A DNA stretch of 62,999 nt, filler included, from Salisapilia sapeloensis CBS 127946 (Eukaryota > Protista > Oomycota), in assembly GCA_023334545.1 (NCBI GenBank). It is 22 parts of 22 records of this genome, joined end to end, with 100 filler letters (N's around TTAATTAATTAA, not from the genome) between each part and the next. Parts side by side here need not be neighbours in the genome. Positions count along the whole stretch, not along the records: positions 60,073 to 62,999 come from JAADVB010000814.1; 21 more parts are not named here. The stretch is one strand, 5' to 3'. Each line of letters starts with the position of its first letter. The stretch's first letter is position 1. Of the stretch, positions 60,075-62,999 are shown piece after piece. A program made the position numbers and the translations under genes. The notes beneath the pieces were generated by a model. It had not been told where the DNA came from, ran no database searches, and saw only the letters and a program-made list of their open reading frames with translations.

Positions 60075-61143
60075 TCTCAACTTCAGTCTACACCTTCATC
60101 TCAAGCTCAGACTACAGCTTCATCTCTTAGTTCATCGAAAGCTCAGTCTACACCTTCATCTCACACTCAAAGCTCATCACCTCAACCGAAAGTCTACGAC
60201 ATCTGGAGCGACCGAGAGCTCATCGACAAAAAGCTCAACTTCTCAGAAATCCAGGACATCAAGGTCCTCGGATCCGGAGCTTTCGGTGTCGTGTGGCTAG
60301 TGTCCTACTACAACACACACTACGCATCCAAGAGATTGGCACGCAACGTCGTCGACCCAGTAGCATTCGACAAGTTCGTTGACGAAGTGAAGCTGGTTGC
60401 AAGAATCGAGCATGCGAACATTACCAAGTGCATTGGTGTCGCGTGGACAATGAAGTCGGACTTCCAGGCTCTCTTCGAATACATGGCGAATGGGGACTTG
60501 AGGGATTACCTCCAGCGCCCAAACGTACCCCTTCATTGGACCAAAGAGAAGCTTTGTATCGCTATTGACATTGCCGAAGCACTCGTCTACGTGCAGTCCT
60601 TCGAGCGTCCGATCGTCCATCGTGACCTCAAGTCTCGCAACGTTCTTCTGTCAGAAGAGATGGTCGCGAAAGTGAGTGACTTTGGCTCCGCTCGCCTCAT
60701 GTCTGACAACAACACGATGACCACCCAGGCCGTTGGAACAGCTCGGGTATGCCTAGCAATCCTATACGAATTCATTTATATATGTACCAACGATTATTTC
60801 TTTCACTTGGTAGTGGCTCGCACCCGAAGTCGTGGCTGGGGAGGCGTACGACCACACGTGCGATTCGTATTCGTTCGGAGCTATTCTGACCGAGTTGGAC
60901 ACGAATGAGATACCTATGCATGATGCTACGGACGCACAAGGACAAGCACTTCCGGACTTTGCGCTTATGCATCGAGTCGCCAGTCGTATGATTAAACCAA
61001 AAGTCTCCGAGGGTTGTCCGCAGCCAATGCGGGACCTTGTAGAAAAGTGTCTGAACTTTGAGCCAAAAGAGCGGCCGCTGGCAGTGCAGATCTCCTTTCA
61101 TTTGCGCGAGATGTTGAAAGATGGAAGTGTATTGTCTAGCTGA
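60075..61143 (+). CDS. TKL family kinase, 5'-truncated; intron 60747..60813
   Basis: Ser/Gln linker, LGSGAFGVVW, HRDLKSRNVLL, DFG and GTAR|WLAPEV. Confidence 0.9.
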
Positions 61144-62049
61144 GTGCGGGTGGAATCAAGCTTTATGACTTGCTGTCTGAAATGAGCCGTCAGTGACAAT
61201 TGGTTGACTGCTTCGTGCAAAATAGACACGTTGGTCCACTGCGCTTCCATAGTTGATGTGGGATAAAAGCAATAATTATACCGGTAAAAATCTCCAGAAA
61301 TACAGATTGCATAGACCAAAGTCAGAGTCGGTATCAGACTGTTCGATGTAGGCTCGGTCGGAGAAGCAAAGAATACGTCACCTGGAAGAGGATGAGTCGC
61401 CATCCTTACAATCCATGCAGGCGAGCGCACCCATCGACCTCTTTTGAGCTACTGATAGCACAAGAACATGTAAAGTGCATCTATTCTGAACGACAACTTG
61501 GAGACACGATCTTGAGCGAAATTTTAGATAGCTATCAAGTCATCGTTGCTGACAACTTGCAGCGAATAAAGAGGAGTCAAAGCAGAGCGGTTGAAGTGCA
61601 AATGAATGAGCTAACATCTTGTACCCATTCTACCTCACTCTCTAAGATAGCGACCATCATCCACTCGATCTGGTTCTCAATCGTATCGTCCGTGGCTATC
61701 CGATCCTCTGCCTATACTATTCACTTTAGCTATGGCCCGGTGCATACGGCCCTATGAAGATGTGCAATCCAACTGAACGAGTAAATCACTTAACAACCAT
61801 TGTCGTACTCACTCGTGGCATTGCTACTTGCAAGGACTTCCACATGTCACGGTAATGCTGGAGGACTATTGAATTGACTGGCAGCGGGTGAATAGACTGG
61901 TGCTGCTCAACTATCCTGTTGGTATATTGTACAGCAGCTGCAGCGAGCTCGGTCTGAGGCGCCGCTTTACAATCAATGCTGCGTGCTCACGACTGTTGCC
62001 ACTGAGAAAGGACGGACTGATATGGTCCAATGGCTCTGACAGCTCGTTC

Positions 62050-62861
62050 CTCGTTGGCACATACAGCACAAGTGTATTGTAGTTGCCGTAAATGGGCACT
62101 TGACCTGCTTACAGTATTCAATCCAGAGCATTGCCATTGAGTGGCCCTTTGTCCGTACGTTGGAAGCAGCTTCGTTCGCGAGTCCTTACAAAGTTGTCCA
62201 GTGGCTGTAGACGCATGAGACCAATCGTTTGATTGCGAGGTTCTTGGGAAAGGTAGCTTCCAACGGTCATTGGGAAATGGTGCGCTACATCGTGGATAAT
62301 CGATGCGCAGTATGTACTTTCAAAGCAATTGATGCAGCCTGCTGGAACGATAAAGTAGATCTCTTACAGAAGCTGACCTCGAAAGGGTATGGCATGCTGA
62401 CCAATGACGGCATCGGGGCCGCAGTAGAGAACAAACATCGTGACATTCTGCAATGGCCGTAGCGCCGAAACCGTAAAGTGTTCGTAGCCGAGGCGATGAA
62501 TGGCGCTGCGCGCAGTATTCATTAAGAGGTTGTTTCTTGACTTCATCTTTAAATGGGATTTGTATCGGATGGGCTAAGGCAAGCGAGTTGGGGAGATTGT
62601 TAAAAGATGATCAAATGCTTCTTTGATAATTCTGCCATTGACGACGAGAACGAATGCATGGAAGCAGTGATCCTACATGACCACTTTAGACTGACACGAT
62701 GGCTGTTCGAGCAAGGGATTTCAGTCCACACATACAGACCACTCTTGGCCGCTTATGAGAGAGGGCACCTTGATATATTGGACTGGTTCTTGCAGCAGAA
62801 TAGTTACCCTCCAAGGTACGTACAATCCAACTATCGTTCACATACTGACCGATATGGATAG
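62050..62861 (+). pseudogene. Ankyrin-repeat pseudogene
   Basis: One frame gives VAVNGHLTCLQY, VASNGHWEMVRYI and AYERGHLDILDWF, interrupted by several stops. Confidence 0.7.
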
Positions 62862-62999
62862 CTGGATTACATGTAATCTAGTAGGAGCTATGCTATAAAT
62901 GCAATGAACAGTCTTTCGGCTCGACAACGCAAGCTTCAAACAAAGCGCTTTGCTTTTTAATTGCTCGTACATGCTGTCAAGGGTTTTAAAAAGGGGTGA

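Noticed and set aside
60083-60163. 21-bp direct repeat at 60-bp spacing
   Set aside because: It encodes the Ser/Gln-rich juxtamembrane linker of the TKL kinase.

Overview
This is not one contiguous locus. It is 22 short eukaryotic contigs joined by 21 identical artificial 100-nt linkers (44 N + TTAATTAATTAA + 44 N), so neighbourhoods mean something only within a contig. Gene content points to an oomycete: an elicitin-like protein, a START-like/FYVE protein, TKL receptor kinases, a PDR ABC transporter, a His1 LPMO, Inr-FPR promoter motifs, and 52-67 nt introns. Housekeeping genes are a mitochondrial carrier, TAP42, BioF, an SDR, an NDR kinase, SLC35F, a Cu-ATPase, acyl-CoA oxidase, FIBP, fumarase, MRPL19 and SRP72. 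There are also TE relics (Crypton, LINE), a tRNA-Asp and several pseudogenes. Best leads: (1) three contigs bounded by perfect inverted repeats of exactly 141 bp, probably the assembler k-mer, which look like spacers of genomic palindromes. In two of them the arms are old paralogous genes with locally identical tracts, including a PX <- cNMP-kinase -> PX cassette. (2) An orphan contig with a terminal 20-bp stem-loop whose loop contains TAGTATTAA, plus a 283-codon orphan ORF. (3) A nuclear mitochondrial TatB homologue. (4) A long bacterial-type GAPDH embedded among intron-containing genes. (5) A two-domain cytidine deaminase with a non-canonical Zn motif. No database searches were run; all family calls come from motif recognition.
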